A stretch of DNA of 59,831 bases, the filler included. It is 10 parts of 10 records of this genome, joined end to end, with 100 filler letters (N's around TTAATTAATTAA, not from the genome) between each part and the next. Parts side by side here need not be neighbours in the genome. Positions count along the whole stretch, not along the records: positions 17,171 to 23,901 come from SRR31156797_121612; positions 24,002 to 29,674 come from SRR31156797_121703; 8 more parts are not named here. One strand, given 5' to 3'. The position numbers and the translations under genes were made by a program. Shown piece after piece: positions 18,045 through 28,469 of this stretch (positions are counted from its first letter, which is position 1; each line of letters begins with the position of its first letter). Below the pieces are notes generated by a model. The model was not told where the DNA came from. It worked only from the letters and a program-made list of their open reading frames with translations, and searched no databases.

Positions 18045-18938
18045 ATGACCATACAGACCGCCCTGATCCTTGCGCTTACCCTGCTCTCCGCCGTCCTGCT
18101 GATCCTGCTTGCGGCGGGAAGACGGTCATCCGGGGACGGAGGTGGAAGAGGACGAGCCGGGGGCAACGGCTTTTCTGAGGATTCCCCCCTCCTGCAGATG
18201 GGACAGCGTCTGGAACAGCTGGACAGGCTGGCCCGGCAGGTGGACGAGATGAACCGGGTGTTCCACTCCCCCCGCCTGAGGGGCGGGCTGGGCGAGGTCC
18301 TGCTGGAGGATCTCATCCGGAACCGCCTGCCCCGGGACGCCTACGCCTTTCAATACGGTTTTTCCGGTGGCCAGAGGGCGGATGCGGTTATCCGCATGGG
18401 GAGTTACAAACTGGCGGTGGATGCCAAATTCCCTCTGGAACAGTGCGCCCCCCTCTGGGAGGCGTCGGGAGAGGAGCTGCCCCGGTCCATAGGAAAGATC
18501 TTTGCCGGCCATGCCCGCTCCATAGCCGACAAGTACATCCTCCCCAGGGAGGGAACCCTCTCATTCGCCCTGATGTACATCCCCTCGGAGAACCTCTACT
18601 ACCGTGTTTTCGTAGCCCCCGGAGGCGCCCTGATGGAGGAGCTCCTGGCCATGGGGGTACTTCCCGTAGGACCTTCGTCCCTCTTCTGCTATCTGGAAAC
18701 GGTGCTGTACGGCTTCCGGGGATTCAGCTTCTCTTCACGGAACCGGGAAATGATGGAGTTGATCGGGCAGCTGAGAAAGGACTTCGAGGGCTTCAGCAGG
18801 CAGATCAGAACCGCAGGCACCCACCTGAAAAACTTCCAGAAGGCCTGGGAGGAGGGCAGTACCAGACTGGACGGTCTGGAACGGACGGTCCGCCGCCTGG
18901 ACGATCCCGCCCGGAGAGACGACTCCCGCGGCAGCTGA
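18045..18938 (+). CDS. rmuC: DNA recombination protein RmuC
   Basis: N-terminal TM; RGGLGEVLL, RADAVI, VDAKFPL, IADKYI.P..GT..FALMYIPSE. Confidence 0.88.
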   Translation: MTIQTALILALTLLSAVLLILLAAGRRSSGDGGGRGRAGGNGFSEDSPLLQMGQRLEQLDRLARQVDEMNRVFHSPRLRGGLGEVLLEDLIRNRLPRDAYAFQYGFSGGQRADAVIRMGSYKLAVDAKFPLEQCAPLWEASGEELPRSIGKIFAGHARSIADKYILPREGTLSFALMYIPSENLYYRVFVAPGGALMEELLAMGVLPVGPSSLFCYLETVLYGFRGFSFSSRNREMMELIGQLRKDFEGFSRQIRTAGTHLKNFQKAWEEGSTRLDGLERTVRRLDDPARRDDSRGS

Positions 18939-18972
18939 TGATTCCGGCTACCGCGGAGGCCTTTTCCCGTCG

Positions 18973-20190
18973 TCAAAGGACGAATGAACCGCCCCTGATT
19001 ACGGGATGGGCTTTGCCCTCTTCATCATAACCGGTCACATCCAGGGTGGGTGATCCGATCATGAAATCCGTATGAACCAGGGAGCTGTTACAACCCGCCT
19101 TCTTCAGCTCCTCATCGCCGGAGACGCCGGGAGGCAGCTCCAGGCAGGTGGGGTATCCGGCTCCCAGGGCCATATGGCAGGAGGCGTTTTCATCGTAGAG
19201 GATGGAACCGAACAGAAGCCCGCTGGCCGCGATGGGCGAGGATTCATCCACAAGGGCGATCTCCCCCAGAGAACGGGCGCCTTCGTCCATGTCCAGGAAC
19301 TTGGCCAGCACCCCTTCCCCTTCGGCGGCGCCGAATTCGACGACCCGTCCCTTCTCAAAGCGGAACCAGGCGTCCCGGACCATGGTCTCCAGCACCTTCA
19401 GCTCCTTGGTCACCTTTACCCGGCCTTCGCAGCGCGTCCAGTCGGGGGTGGTAAACACCTCTTCGGTGGGCAGATTATTGAAGAGCATGCGGCCGTCCGG
19501 CAGAGAACCGGGACCGCCTTCCCAGCGGCTGATCCTGTTGAGGCCAATGGTCAGATCGGTTCCCTCCGCCCGGAAATGCAGAGAGTCCAGGGCCATCTCA
19601 TCCAGAATCCTGCAGCGCTCCTTCAGGGCGTCTCCGTGTTCCCCCCAGGCGGCGGCCGGATCGGGCCGATCCAGCCTGAGGATGGGCTTGAGGACCTCCC
19701 AGAGCTGCTCCGTCGTCGCCTTTTCTCCCAGCACCTTCTTCGCCCACTCGGGCCCGGGGGCGCAGATCACGCACCAGGGATGCTCCCCGTTCATCAGGGA
19801 AGCGCTGGCGAATTTCAACGCCTTCCGGCCGGTCTTGCTCAGCACTCCGAGCCGCTCGGGATCGGCGTCTCCCAGAACATCCAGCTCTTCCGTGCTGTCG
19901 ATCCTGACCCTGGCCCAGTCCTCGGAGAGCATCTGGTGAGCCTTCCCGATCTGGTAGTTGGGGATGTACTCCAGTGCTTCTCCTTCCTGCGCCGCCAGAC
20001 GGGCGCGGGTCAGATAGTTGTCCTGAACCGCGATTTCCACATACCCGGCGCCCATGGCATAGGCTTCCACGGCCATGGATCTGGCCATATCATAGTTTCC
20101 CGCATTACAGCTGATCAGGAGGTTCTGGCCCTTTTTCAGGTTCAGCCCCTGCCTGAGAACGACTCGGGAATAATCTTTGTAATCAATCAT
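18973..20190 (-). CDS. Aminopeptidase, M29 (AmpS/PepS) family
   Basis: NLPTEEVFTTP, LGEIALV, ILYDENASCHMALG..YP, NSSLVHTDFMIGS; ATG 20190 with GGAG RBS. Confidence 0.92.
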   Translation of the reverse strand: MIDYKDYSRVVLRQGLNLKKGQNLLISCNAGNYDMARSMAVEAYAMGAGYVEIAVQDNYLTRARLAAQEGEALEYIPNYQIGKAHQMLSEDWARVRIDSTEELDVLGDADPERLGVLSKTGRKALKFASASLMNGEHPWCVICAPGPEWAKKVLGEKATTEQLWEVLKPILRLDRPDPAAAWGEHGDALKERCRILDEMALDSLHFRAEGTDLTIGLNRISRWEGGPGSLPDGRMLFNNLPTEEVFTTPDWTRCEGRVKVTKELKVLETMVRDAWFRFEKGRVVEFGAAEGEGVLAKFLDMDEGARSLGEIALVDESSPIAASGLLFGSILYDENASCHMALGAGYPTCLELPPGVSGDEELKKAGCNSSLVHTDFMIGSPTLDVTGYDEEGKAHPVIRGGSFVL

Positions 20191-20314
20191 AACTCTGCTC
20201 CCATAGATATTGCTGGAATCATTATCGAAGCAAAGTGAAAAAAAGGCCATAACCCGGAGAGCCGATTGCCGTGATTCCTTCAGCCTTTCCCGTTCCCCGG
20301 AACCGTCCCGTCCC

Positions 20315-21352
20315 TCACTCCTCCTTTCGGAGCACCAGCAGAAGAGGAAAGTGATCCGAGTAACCCGCCTTTCGCCAACTCTCCCAGGCGAGGGGGCGTC
20401 CCAGATCATCCTGCATAAGGGGAAGAGAGAGGACGCGGCAGCTTTCATACTCCCAGCCCCTTCCGTCCAGCAAGCCGCCGTCCAACAGAAAATGGTCCAG
20501 TTTCATCCAGCGGTTCTGGTAGAAGTAGCTTCCCCTGCTCCCGTCCTTCCTTTCCATCTCATCCCAGGGAGAGAAAAGGACTGTTTTCTCATCGGACAGA
20601 GAACAGTCGCCGCCGTGGGAGCCCACATAGAGGCTGTCCCGCCATGCGCTGCTCCGAATCTCCTCCGCCGGCAGCTGGGCGGTCTGGGGGCCTTCGCTTC
20701 TGAAATCATCCACCGAGCCGTTCAAGTCGCCGGCCGCTGCGATACAGCGGATCCCCCGGGCGCGAAGATCCCGTATCCGGGAGGCCAGCACGGCGGATGC
20801 CATGATGCGGGCGTCCTCGGTAGCGGCCTGTCCGCCGGTTCTGGATTTCCAGTGATTGTTGAACAGGACGATCCTCTCCCCGTCGAGGTCGAAGTGAAGC
20901 TCTACCACCGGGCGCAGCTCTCTTTTCCCGTAGCGGCCGGGAAAATGAAGGTGCACCTCCTCGGGGGGGAATCTGGAAAGGACGCCGCAGGAGATGGCCG
21001 CCCCGCTGTCTTTCCAGGCATCGACAAAGGCGTACTCATCATCCAGATAATCGTTGTTCAGGATCTGCAGGACCCTCCGGTTCTCGACCTCCTGCAACAG
21101 GAGGACGTCAGGAAGCTCCTCCCCCTGGGCGTAGAGCAGCTCCTGCAGATACTCCAGCTTGACGCGCATCCCCTCCTCATCCCAGTCGGACAGATCCGGG
21201 TCGTATTCCTCGTATTCGCTCCCGTCCGAAATCCCGTCGAAGAGGTTCTGAACGTTCCAGCTGAGGATGGAAAACTCCCGGTCCCCAGAATCTCCGGGAA
21301 TAAGGCAGGAAACGAGGAGGAAGAGAAAGAGAAGCAGGATTAGATTTTTCAT
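20315..21352 (-). CDS. Endonuclease/exonuclease/phosphatase-family lipoprotein
   Basis: Lipobox LVSC; SWNVQNLFD, LQEVEN, NHWKSR, GDLN, LDHF, GYSDHFP. Confidence 0.88.
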   Translation of the reverse strand: MKNLILLLFLFLLVSCLIPGDSGDREFSILSWNVQNLFDGISDGSEYEEYDPDLSDWDEEGMRVKLEYLQELLYAQGEELPDVLLLQEVENRRVLQILNNDYLDDEYAFVDAWKDSGAAISCGVLSRFPPEEVHLHFPGRYGKRELRPVVELHFDLDGERIVLFNNHWKSRTGGQAATEDARIMASAVLASRIRDLRARGIRCIAAAGDLNGSVDDFRSEGPQTAQLPAEEIRSSAWRDSLYVGSHGGDCSLSDEKTVLFSPWDEMERKDGSRGSYFYQNRWMKLDHFLLDGGLLDGRGWEYESCRVLSLPLMQDDLGRPLAWESWRKAGYSDHFPLLLVLRKEE

Positions 21353-21399
21353 GGAAACACCCCCGACAGGGGATACGGGCGGAATGCCTTTGAGAATTC

Positions 21400-21428
21400 A
21401 AAAAACCGGCAGATTATGCCGGTTTTTT
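21400..21428. terminator. Bidirectional Rho-independent terminator downstream of clpP
   Basis: AAAAAACCGGCA-GATTA-TGCCGGTTTTTT. Confidence 0.8.
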
Positions 21429-21514
21429 TATTGCCGCTGCAAACGACTCCCTAGGATCTATCAAAGGAGCCGCCGGCGGCCATCTGGACTCTCACTGCCT
21501 TTCAGAGAAGAGGC

Positions 21515-22123
21515 TCAGTTTCTTTCCAGATTCTCCAGTTCCATCCGGGTGGTAACGATGGAGGATATCAGCTTGTAATCCAGGGCCTCGTCAGCGCTCA
21601 TCCAGTAATCCCGGTCCGTGTCCTCGCTGACCTTGGCTTCATCGATCCCCGTCTCGGCGGCGATCAGTTTGTTGATCTTCACGCGCAGCTTCTCCAGCTC
21701 GTTGGCATGGATCTCGATCTCGGTAGCCACGCCGCGCATGCCGCTCAGGGGCTGGTGGATCAGATAGTGGGAGTTGGGAAGTCCGATCCGGCGCTCGGGG
21801 GGAGCCGCCAGAAGGATAAGGGAGCCCGCGCTGGCGACGAGGCCCATTCCCACGGTGTATACCTTGGGCTTGATGAAACGGATCATATCGTAGATGGCGA
21901 ATCCAGCGTCCACGTCCCCTCCGGGGGAGTCGATAAATACCTTAATGGGATCGTCTCCGTCGGCTTCCAGCAGAAGGAGCTGTTTGACCACCCTCTCAGC
22001 CAGTTCCTTGTTTACCTCTCCCGAAAGAAGGATGGTTCTGGTTTTAAGCATTTTCTGAGAAAGGGCATCCTGTTCGGCTTCGTTTTTCTGGGCCTTGCCC
22101 TCTTCCTCCAGGCGTCTGATCAT
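21515..22123 (-). CDS. clpP: ATP-dependent Clp protease proteolytic subunit
   Basis: IDSPGG, GLVASAGS, IHQP, DRDYWMSA. Confidence 0.95.
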   Translation of the reverse strand: MIRRLEEEGKAQKNEAEQDALSQKMLKTRTILLSGEVNKELAERVVKQLLLLEADGDDPIKVFIDSPGGDVDAGFAIYDMIRFIKPKVYTVGMGLVASAGSLILLAAPPERRIGLPNSHYLIHQPLSGMRGVATEIEIHANELEKLRVKINKLIAAETGIDEAKVSEDTDRDYWMSADEALDYKLISSIVTTRMELENLERN

Positions 22124-22231
22124 TGTATAGTCTCCTTAAGAACTGTGCATCGGCGGGAATTCTCCCCGGTCTATCCCAAAAATATATTCAAAAAGCCGGG
22201 AAAAGGCAATTTATCCGGAAAGGAAAGCGAC

Positions 22232-23104
22232 ATGAAATCAGCATTTGTGGCCATCATAGGCCGTCCCTCCGCGGGAAAATCCACTCTCCTCAACGCCCTC
22301 TGCCGGGAAAAGGTCTCCATCACCGCCGACGTGCCCCAGACCACCCGGAACAAGATCCGGGGCATCGTCACCGAGGAAGAGGGCCAGCTGGTTTTTATCG
22401 ACACCCCCGGCTACCATCACTCGGACAAAAAATTCAATCAGTACCTCAAGGATGTGGTCCTCTCATCCCTGGAGGAGGCGGACATGCTCCTTTATGTCGT
22501 GGACGCCACCCGGCCTCCCGGAAGCGAAGAGAGGGAGATCATCGATCTTCTGAACAAGGAGAAGGACAAGCCCGTCCTCCTGGTCATCAATAAGATAGAC
22601 AAGGAGGCCCGCTACAGCACGGAGATCAGGGGCCTTCTCCAGGTGAACGTTCACCCCGACGCCCTGATGGAGACCTCCGCCCTGGAGGGAACGGGCGTCG
22701 ATACCCTGAGGGACCGCCTTATCGAGCTGGCCCCCGAAGGGGAGCTCATGTACCCCGAGGAGTACTACACCGATCAGGAGCCCGAGTTCCGCATCGCCGA
22801 GATCATCCGGGAAAAGGCCATCAGCCAGACCACCCAGGAGATCCCCCACGCCCTCTATGTGGAGGTGGCCGATACGGAGATGAAGGATGGAGAACTCTGG
22901 GTGAGGGCCTTCCTGACAGTGGAATCGGAATCCCAGGTGGGAATCGTGGTCGGGAAGGGAGGCAAGAGGATCAAATGGATCCGCATCGCCTCCCTGAAGG
23001 AATTCAAGAAGATCTTTCCCTACAAGGTCCGGCTGGATCTGAGGGTCAAGGTGAATCCCCGCTGGAGAAGGAAGGACTACCTCCTCAAGGGGATGCTGCA
23101 CTAA
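22232..23104 (+). CDS. era: GTPase Era
   Basis: GRPSAGKST, PQTTR, DTPG, NKID, EIIREK, KH motif IVVGKGG; ATG 22232. Confidence 0.95.
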   Translation: MKSAFVAIIGRPSAGKSTLLNALCREKVSITADVPQTTRNKIRGIVTEEEGQLVFIDTPGYHHSDKKFNQYLKDVVLSSLEEADMLLYVVDATRPPGSEEREIIDLLNKEKDKPVLLVINKIDKEARYSTEIRGLLQVNVHPDALMETSALEGTGVDTLRDRLIELAPEGELMYPEEYYTDQEPEFRIAEIIREKAISQTTQEIPHALYVEVADTEMKDGELWVRAFLTVESESQVGIVVGKGGKRIKWIRIASLKEFKKIFPYKVRLDLRVKVNPRWRRKDYLLKGMLH

Positions 23105-23121
23105 GTTCGGTTTTACAGGAT

Positions 23122-23901
23122 TTATTGGCCCCCGCAGCCTTCCGCTACGGCGGCCTCCATGAAGGCGGCGATATTTTCCTGCGGAGTATCAAGGGGCAGG
23201 TCGCAGCCTGAGCTGACTACGAAATTCTTATAGGGCCTCATCTTCTCCATCAGGTACCGGGTATCGGCTTGCACCGATTCGGGATTTCCCTGTAGGAAGA
23301 CCTGTACGGGATCCAGATTGCCGATGAGCAGCATATTTTCGGGAATCTTCTGTATGGAGTCTACCATATCGATCTGCCAGTCCAGACTGAGACCGGCGGC
23401 GCCGCTGGTCCCCATCCTCTCGATGAGGTGGGTCGTGTTTCCGCAGATATGGAGGATCAGCGGCTTATGGTCGACGTTGTCCTGAATCTGTTTGAACGGG
23501 TCAAGAGAGAATACATCGAACTGATCGGGAGAGATCATCATGGCCGTGGGTTCGAGGACGCAGACCATATCCGCTCCCGCCTCGAAGAGCTGCCTTGCGA
23601 AATCTGTGATAACCTTTACCGAGAACTCCAGAAACGCCATTACAAGATCGGGGTCGAGTATGGTGTTCATAGTCAGCTCGCTAGATCCCATCAACTCCCC
23701 GGCCAGGGTAAAGGGGCCGATCACATAGGCTCCGGTTAATCCCTCGTTAACTGCGGAGAATCCGCGGACAACGTCGGCAAAAAGCCCCATCCGCCCTCCG
23801 CTTCCCGTCCACGACGCCTTGATCCTTTTCAGGTCTTCCAGGGTCTTGATGTCATGCCCCGCGACCGAAGGGGTGTCGTTCTCCTCAAACTTGATGGGCA
23901 G
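23122..23901 (-). CDS. Uroporphyrinogen-decarboxylase-family / MtaA-CmuA-like corrinoid methyltransferase, 5' truncated
   Basis: GPFTLA, LEPTA, ILHICG, GNLDP, SSGCDLP; HxC plus a distal C match the Zn ligands of MT2 enzymes. Confidence 0.8.
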   Translation of the reverse strand: MPIKFEENDTPSVAGHDIKTLEDLKRIKASWTGSGGRMGLFADVVRGFSAVNEGLTGAYVIGPFTLAGELMGSSELTMNTILDPDLVMAFLEFSVKVITDFARQLFEAGADMVCVLEPTAMMISPDQFDVFSLDPFKQIQDNVDHKPLILHICGNTTHLIERMGTSGAAGLSLDWQIDMVDSIQKIPENMLLIGNLDPVQVFLQGNPESVQADTRYLMEKMRPYKNFVVSSGCDLPLDTPQENIAAFMEAAVAEGCGGQ

Positions 23902-24001
23902 NNNNNNNNNNNNNNNNNNNNNNNNNNNNNNNNNNNNNNNNNNNNTTAATTAATTAANNNNNNNNNNNNNNNNNNNNNNNNNNNNNNNNNNNNNNNNNNN
24001 N

Positions 24002-24648
24002 TGATGGCCAACGTGGTTCTCGCCGACGAGATCAACCGGGCGACGCCGCGTACACAGTCCAGCCTGCTCGAAGCCATGGAGGAGCGCCAGGTAACCATCG
24101 ATGGCGAAACCAAGCCGCTGCCGCGGCCGTTCCTGGTGCTGGCCACGCAGAATCCGGTCGAACAGGAAGGGACATTCCCGCTACCGGAAGCACAGCGCGA
24201 CCGTTTTCTGATGACCGTCCGGCCGGGCTACCCGTCGGCCGAGGACGAGGAAAAGATCCTGTTGCGGTTTGAACGCAGGAATCCGGTCGATACGCTTGTT
24301 CCGTCGATTTCCGCCGGCGACCTTACCGCGCTTCAGGAAATGTGCCGCGAAATCCCAATGAGCGACGCCGTGCGTGGCTATGTCGTGCAACTGGTGCGGG
24401 CGACCCGCGATCATCCCGGCATCCGTCTGGGAGCCAGCCCGCGGGCGACGCAAAGCCTATATCGCAGCGCGCAGGCCCTGGCCGCCATGCAAGGACGAGC
24501 CTATGTCCTGCCCGACGACGTCAAGATGATGGCGGTGCCGGTTCTCGCCCATCGGCTGGTTGTCGACACCGACGCCCGCCTCGGCGGCCGGACGGCCGAG
24601 GCTCTCATCGAGGGGATCACGGATCGGGTTCCGGTGCCGACGGAGTAG
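24002..24648 (+). CDS. moxR: MoxR-family AAA+ ATPase, 5' truncated
   Basis: LADEINRATPRTQSSLLEAM, ATQNPVEQEGTFPLPEAQ.DRF, GASPRA. Confidence 0.93.
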
Positions 24649-24664
24649 TCGTTCTAGCAGGCTG

Positions 24665-25072
24665 CTAAGCGGCTTCCGGCTCGAAATATTTCAGCACCAT
24701 GTCGCGCACGGTGACGATGCCGACTGGCTCGCGGGCGTCGTCGACGACCAGGGCGCGCGACAGGTCGAACTTGGTCAGCATCCGGGCGGCGTAGCGGATG
24801 TCCATGTCGGCCGGCACCGTCAGTACCGGTTTCGACATGATTTCATAGACATTGACGCGTTCCGGCGAGCGGTCCTTGGCCATCACCTGTTTGGCGATGT
24901 CGGAAACGACCAGAAGCCCGAACTCGTCGTCCTTGTCGCGGCGTTCGACCAGCAGCGAGCGGATGCCCGTTTCACGCATGGTCTCGATGGCTTCCCGGAC
25001 CGTGGCCAGGCCGTTGATGGTGACGATCCTGGGGACCATCACGTCGGATACTTTGGCGTAGGTTCCGCTCAT
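24665..25072 (-). CDS. CBS-domain pair protein
   Basis: VSDVM..TVREAIETM..GLLVVSDI; VYEIMSKPV..VGIVTVRD. Confidence 0.9.
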   Translation of the reverse strand: MSGTYAKVSDVMVPRIVTINGLATVREAIETMRETGIRSLLVERRDKDDEFGLLVVSDIAKQVMAKDRSPERVNVYEIMSKPVLTVPADMDIRYAARMLTKFDLSRALVVDDAREPVGIVTVRDMVLKYFEPEAA

Positions 25073-25419
25073 ATCTCTTCCTCGATTTCTTCCTTGATGA
25101 CGGAAAGCTGCGTGCTCAGGCCGACGACGTCCTCGATGTCGATCTGGATGGCGATGCCGGCGCCGCCCTGATCGTCGACCTCGGCGGCCTCGCCGATGGT
25201 TTCCAGGATTTCCCGCGCCTTCTGTTCGGCAACCAGGAACAAAATCAGGTCGCGTTGGACGGTCAGGTCAAGGCCCAGGAAGGTCTTGACCGGCTGCAAC
25301 CCTTCGCCGCGGGCACTGGTAATGACGGTGGCGCCGGTGGCTCCGGCATCACGCGCCGCCTCGATCACCGTGTCGGTCTTGTCGTCGGCGACCATGGCAA
25401 TGATCAGCTTCATTCTCAT
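25069..25419 (-). CDS. P-II family protein (non-canonical)
   Basis: MKLIIAMV..AARDAGATGATV..ARGEG..GAGIA; 116 aa. Confidence 0.85.
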   Translation of the reverse strand: MRMKLIIAMVADDKTDTVIEAARDAGATGATVITSARGEGLQPVKTFLGLDLTVQRDLILFLVAEQKAREILETIGEAAEVDDQGGAGIAIQIDIEDVVGLSTQLSVIKEEIEEEI

Positions 25420-26195
25420 GGATCTTCTCTCCTGCGTGTGGCGATCCGCTTGATCCTCTCGGTGATGAGGGCATAGCCGAGCACCGACATTATTGGAAAC
25501 AGGCTGGCAAAGGCAATCAGGCCGAAACCGTCGATTAGCGGGCTGCGGCCGGGAATCGTCGTGGCCAGGCCGAGGCCGAGCGCAGCGACCACCGGCACCG
25601 TCACGGTCGACGTCGTCACCCCGCCCGAATCGTAGGCCAGCGGAATGATGGTGCGGGCCGACAGCACGGTCATCACGATGACGACCGCGTATCCGGCCAT
25701 GATGTAAAAGGGCAAGGGCGTTCCCGAGACGATGCGATAGGCCCCCAGCGCGACGCCGGCGGCCACCCCGATGGCAACCGCTATGCGCAGGCCGACGGCC
25801 CTCAACGATCCGCCCGAAATACTCTCGGCCTTGATGGCAACGGCGATCAGGCTGGGTTCGGCGATGGTGGTGGCAAAGCCGATGGCGGCGGCGAAAACGT
25901 AGACCCAGGCATAATCCGAGGTCCGTACCGCTTCGCCTTCGGCCCGGCCGATGAAATCGGCGCTGGTCAGTTGCGCCGCCATTGTTTCCCCGATGGGAAA
26001 CAGCGCCTGCTCGAGCCCGACCAGAAAAAATGTCAGTCCGGTCAGGACGTAGGCAAACCCGAACAGGACCTTTTTCAGGTTCGGCGGCCGCTTGCGAATG
26101 ACCAGGAACTGAAACCCGAACAGGACGGCGGCGATCGGCAACACGTCGATGCAGGTCGAAAGACCGGTTCTGGCGAAGTGGCCTATCAGGTCCAT
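25416..26195 (-). CDS. DUF1538 family membrane protein (copy 2)
   Basis: [43 protein letters not shown]. Confidence 0.88.
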   Translation of the reverse strand: MDLIGHFARTGLSTCIDVLPIAAVLFGFQFLVIRKRPPNLKKVLFGFAYVLTGLTFFLVGLEQALFPIGETMAAQLTSADFIGRAEGEAVRTSDYAWVYVFAAAIGFATTIAEPSLIAVAIKAESISGGSLRAVGLRIAVAIGVAAGVALGAYRIVSGTPLPFYIMAGYAVVIVMTVLSARTIIPLAYDSGGVTTSTVTVPVVAALGLGLATTIPGRSPLIDGFGLIAFASLFPIMSVLGYALITERIKRIATRRREDP

Positions 26196-26196
26196 G

Positions 26197-26934
26197 TCAC
26201 ACCACCATGCCGAACAGCAGAACGAAGATCATCGGCGTCAGGGAAGCAAATGCGATCAGGCCGAAACCGTCGATCATCGGATTGCGGCCGCGAATGCTTC
26301 CGGCCAGCCCGACGCCCAGGGCCGTGACCAGTGGCACCGTGATGGTCGATGTGGTGACGCCGCCGGAATCGTACGCAATGCCGATAATCTCGGGCGGGGC
26401 CACCGTTGTCAGCAACATGACGACGACATAACCGCCGATGATCAGGTAATGCACCGGCCAGCCCTTGAGGATGCGGAAAACGCCTAACACCAGGGCGGCA
26501 CCGACCGAGATCGCCACCGTCATGCGCAGGTTGAAGGCATAGGCGGCAAGGGATTCATCGGATTCGCCGATGAATCCGGCCTCGCCGGCGACCTCGGCGG
26601 CTTCCTTGGCGATGGCGATCAGGGCCGGTTCGGCCACCGTTGTGCCGAAACCCAGCGCAAAGGCAAACATCAGCAGCCAGAACAGGCTGCCTTTCTTTGC
26701 AAAGGCCTCGGCCATCGCTTCGCCGATGGGAAAAAGGCCCATCTCCAGGCCTTTGACGAATAGCGCCAGTCCGAGAATGACGAATACGGTGCCGACAAGA
26801 ATGTCGCCGAGATTGGGGAACGGCTGGCGCAGCACCGCCACCTGGAAGAAGGCAATGACCAGGATGATCGGCGCCAAGTCGCGCACCGCATCGATGATCA
26901 GGCGGCCGAGGCCGCCGAGGGTTTTATCCTCCAT
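26197..26934 (-). CDS. DUF1538 family membrane protein (copy 1)
   Basis: [43 protein letters not shown]. Confidence 0.88.
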   Translation of the reverse strand: MEDKTLGGLGRLIIDAVRDLAPIILVIAFFQVAVLRQPFPNLGDILVGTVFVILGLALFVKGLEMGLFPIGEAMAEAFAKKGSLFWLLMFAFALGFGTTVAEPALIAIAKEAAEVAGEAGFIGESDESLAAYAFNLRMTVAISVGAALVLGVFRILKGWPVHYLIIGGYVVVMLLTTVAPPEIIGIAYDSGGVTTSTITVPLVTALGVGLAGSIRGRNPMIDGFGLIAFASLTPMIFVLLFGMVV

Positions 26935-27070
26935 GTTCCCTCGTTCGGTCCTGGGGCGGGGCCGGACTTTCCGCCCGCCGGGGCCGTGTTCCCTGTTCGC
27001 CAGTCTTCCAGTTTATGTGGGATTCGTACAGACCCGAATCATGATCGTTGTACGAAACCGGCTTTCGGAT

Positions 27071-27562
27071 TCAACCGGCCTGGCGCCGGTTGTCCGGATC
27101 GCCCAGGGCGGCCACGGCGGCGGTGGTGTGTGCCTCGGCGCCGACCTCGATCACCGCTTCTTCAATGTCGGCGAAATCGAGGGGGCCGATGAACTGCGAA
27201 AGCCAGCCCAGTGCCTCTTCGTAGTTGCTCGTGACGTGGCGCTTGGCGTGCGTTTCGTGATGATAGGCGGTGTATTGACGGGCCATCCCGTAATTGACCT
27301 GCCCCGCCGACACGTAGCAAATCCACACCGGCGCCAGATCCTTCTCGAGGATTTCGTGGCGGTCGCCGCTGATGTGGAATTCGTTCAAGGTCGCTTTCGG
27401 TTTCGCATCCAGCACATCGAACAGGATGCCGAATCCGGGGGCGAAACGGTCGTCGCCCAGAAGGCTGGGAAACAACTCGTCCTCGGCCCAGACCGTCATC
27501 TCTCCCCACCAGCGAACGATCGCCAGGCGCTTCTCGGGAACGATGCGCAATTTGTACGGCAT
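27071..27562 (-). CDS. Hypothetical protein (possible SpoIIAA/STAS-like alpha/beta fold)
   Basis: MPYKLRI..LAIVRWWG..ILFDV..YGMARQY..EEALGWL resembles small STAS/SEC14-like proteins; start uncertain. Confidence 0.5.
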   Translation of the reverse strand: MPYKLRIVPEKRLAIVRWWGEMTVWAEDELFPSLLGDDRFAPGFGILFDVLDAKPKATLNEFHISGDRHEILEKDLAPVWICYVSAGQVNYGMARQYTAYHHETHAKRHVTSNYEEALGWLSQFIGPLDFADIEEAVIEVGAEAHTTAAVAALGDPDNRRQAG

Positions 27563-27741
27563 AGGGTCAGCAGCCTGCCTGTAAACGCAAACCACCAGCC
27601 GCTTCCGAAGATATAAAATCGACGAAACCCGGCCAGCCAACCCTCAAAAGAACGTTTTATTTTTTCAGGACTATATAGGTTTTGCCGCCGGAGGTTAAGC
27701 GCAAAACGAGGAACAGGGCCGGGCGGATACAACCGTCTGGT

Positions 27742-28377
27742 TCATTCCGACGGGTGCAGCAGCACCTCGAGCAGGAATGGGAACCTTTTCGCCACTTCCA
27801 GTTTCCGGCCCAGGGGCGCAAACATCCGCTTGGCCTCGTCGACGCGATAGGCGGCGCGGATCGAATCCAGGAACCCGTTGCGTTTCGGTATCCAGTGTAG
27901 CCATCCGACCCGCAGAAGGTCGTACAGATAGACCGTGCCGGTATCGCCGGCGGCGTCCAGCATGGTCCGCACGGCCGCCAGCGGATCGGCGAAATGGTGC
28001 AGCGTGAAGGCGCAATAAACCAGATCGAAGCTTCCCAGTCCGGCCAACACGGATGGGTCCAACCCGTCGCCGGTAAGGCATTCGATGCGATCTGCGAGGC
28101 CGCGTTCGGAAATCGTGCGGCGGGCGATCTCGGTCATGGCCGGCGAGATGTCGATGGCGGTAATGCAAATGTCCGGGTAGCGCTCGGCGATCAAAACCGC
28201 CAGCATCCCCGATCCGGCGCCGACGTCCAGCAACCGGCCGCGAACGCCAAGCCGATCCAATCGCTTCAGGAAAACATCGAATCGTCGCAGATTGTTTGCC
28301 ACCTCGGCGGCGAAACGCCGGGCTTCTTCGGGATCGTCGATGGCGCCCTGGCCGTCTTCGGAAATGCGCTCGAACAT
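27742..28377 (-). CDS. Class I SAM-dependent methyltransferase
   Basis: LLDVGAGSG, AIDISPAM, SFDLV..TLHHF.DP. Confidence 0.88.
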   Translation of the reverse strand: MFERISEDGQGAIDDPEEARRFAAEVANNLRRFDVFLKRLDRLGVRGRLLDVGAGSGMLAVLIAERYPDICITAIDISPAMTEIARRTISERGLADRIECLTGDGLDPSVLAGLGSFDLVYCAFTLHHFADPLAAVRTMLDAAGDTGTVYLYDLLRVGWLHWIPKRNGFLDSIRAAYRVDEAKRMFAPLGRKLEVAKRFPFLLEVLLHPSE

Positions 28378-28469
28378 GGGGGTTCTCTCCCACCGGTTGT
28401 TCCCGCGCGGCGCCGATCATAGCGGCAAAAGGTCGGTTTTGGGAGGGGGTGCGTCGCCTTCGGGCGCCT

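Noticed and set aside
21707-22231. Apparent long N-terminal extensions in the ORF track (Era, aminopeptidase, both aldolases, DHH, HlyD)
   Set aside because: They overlap neighbouring genes; downstream starts with RBS match family N-termini.
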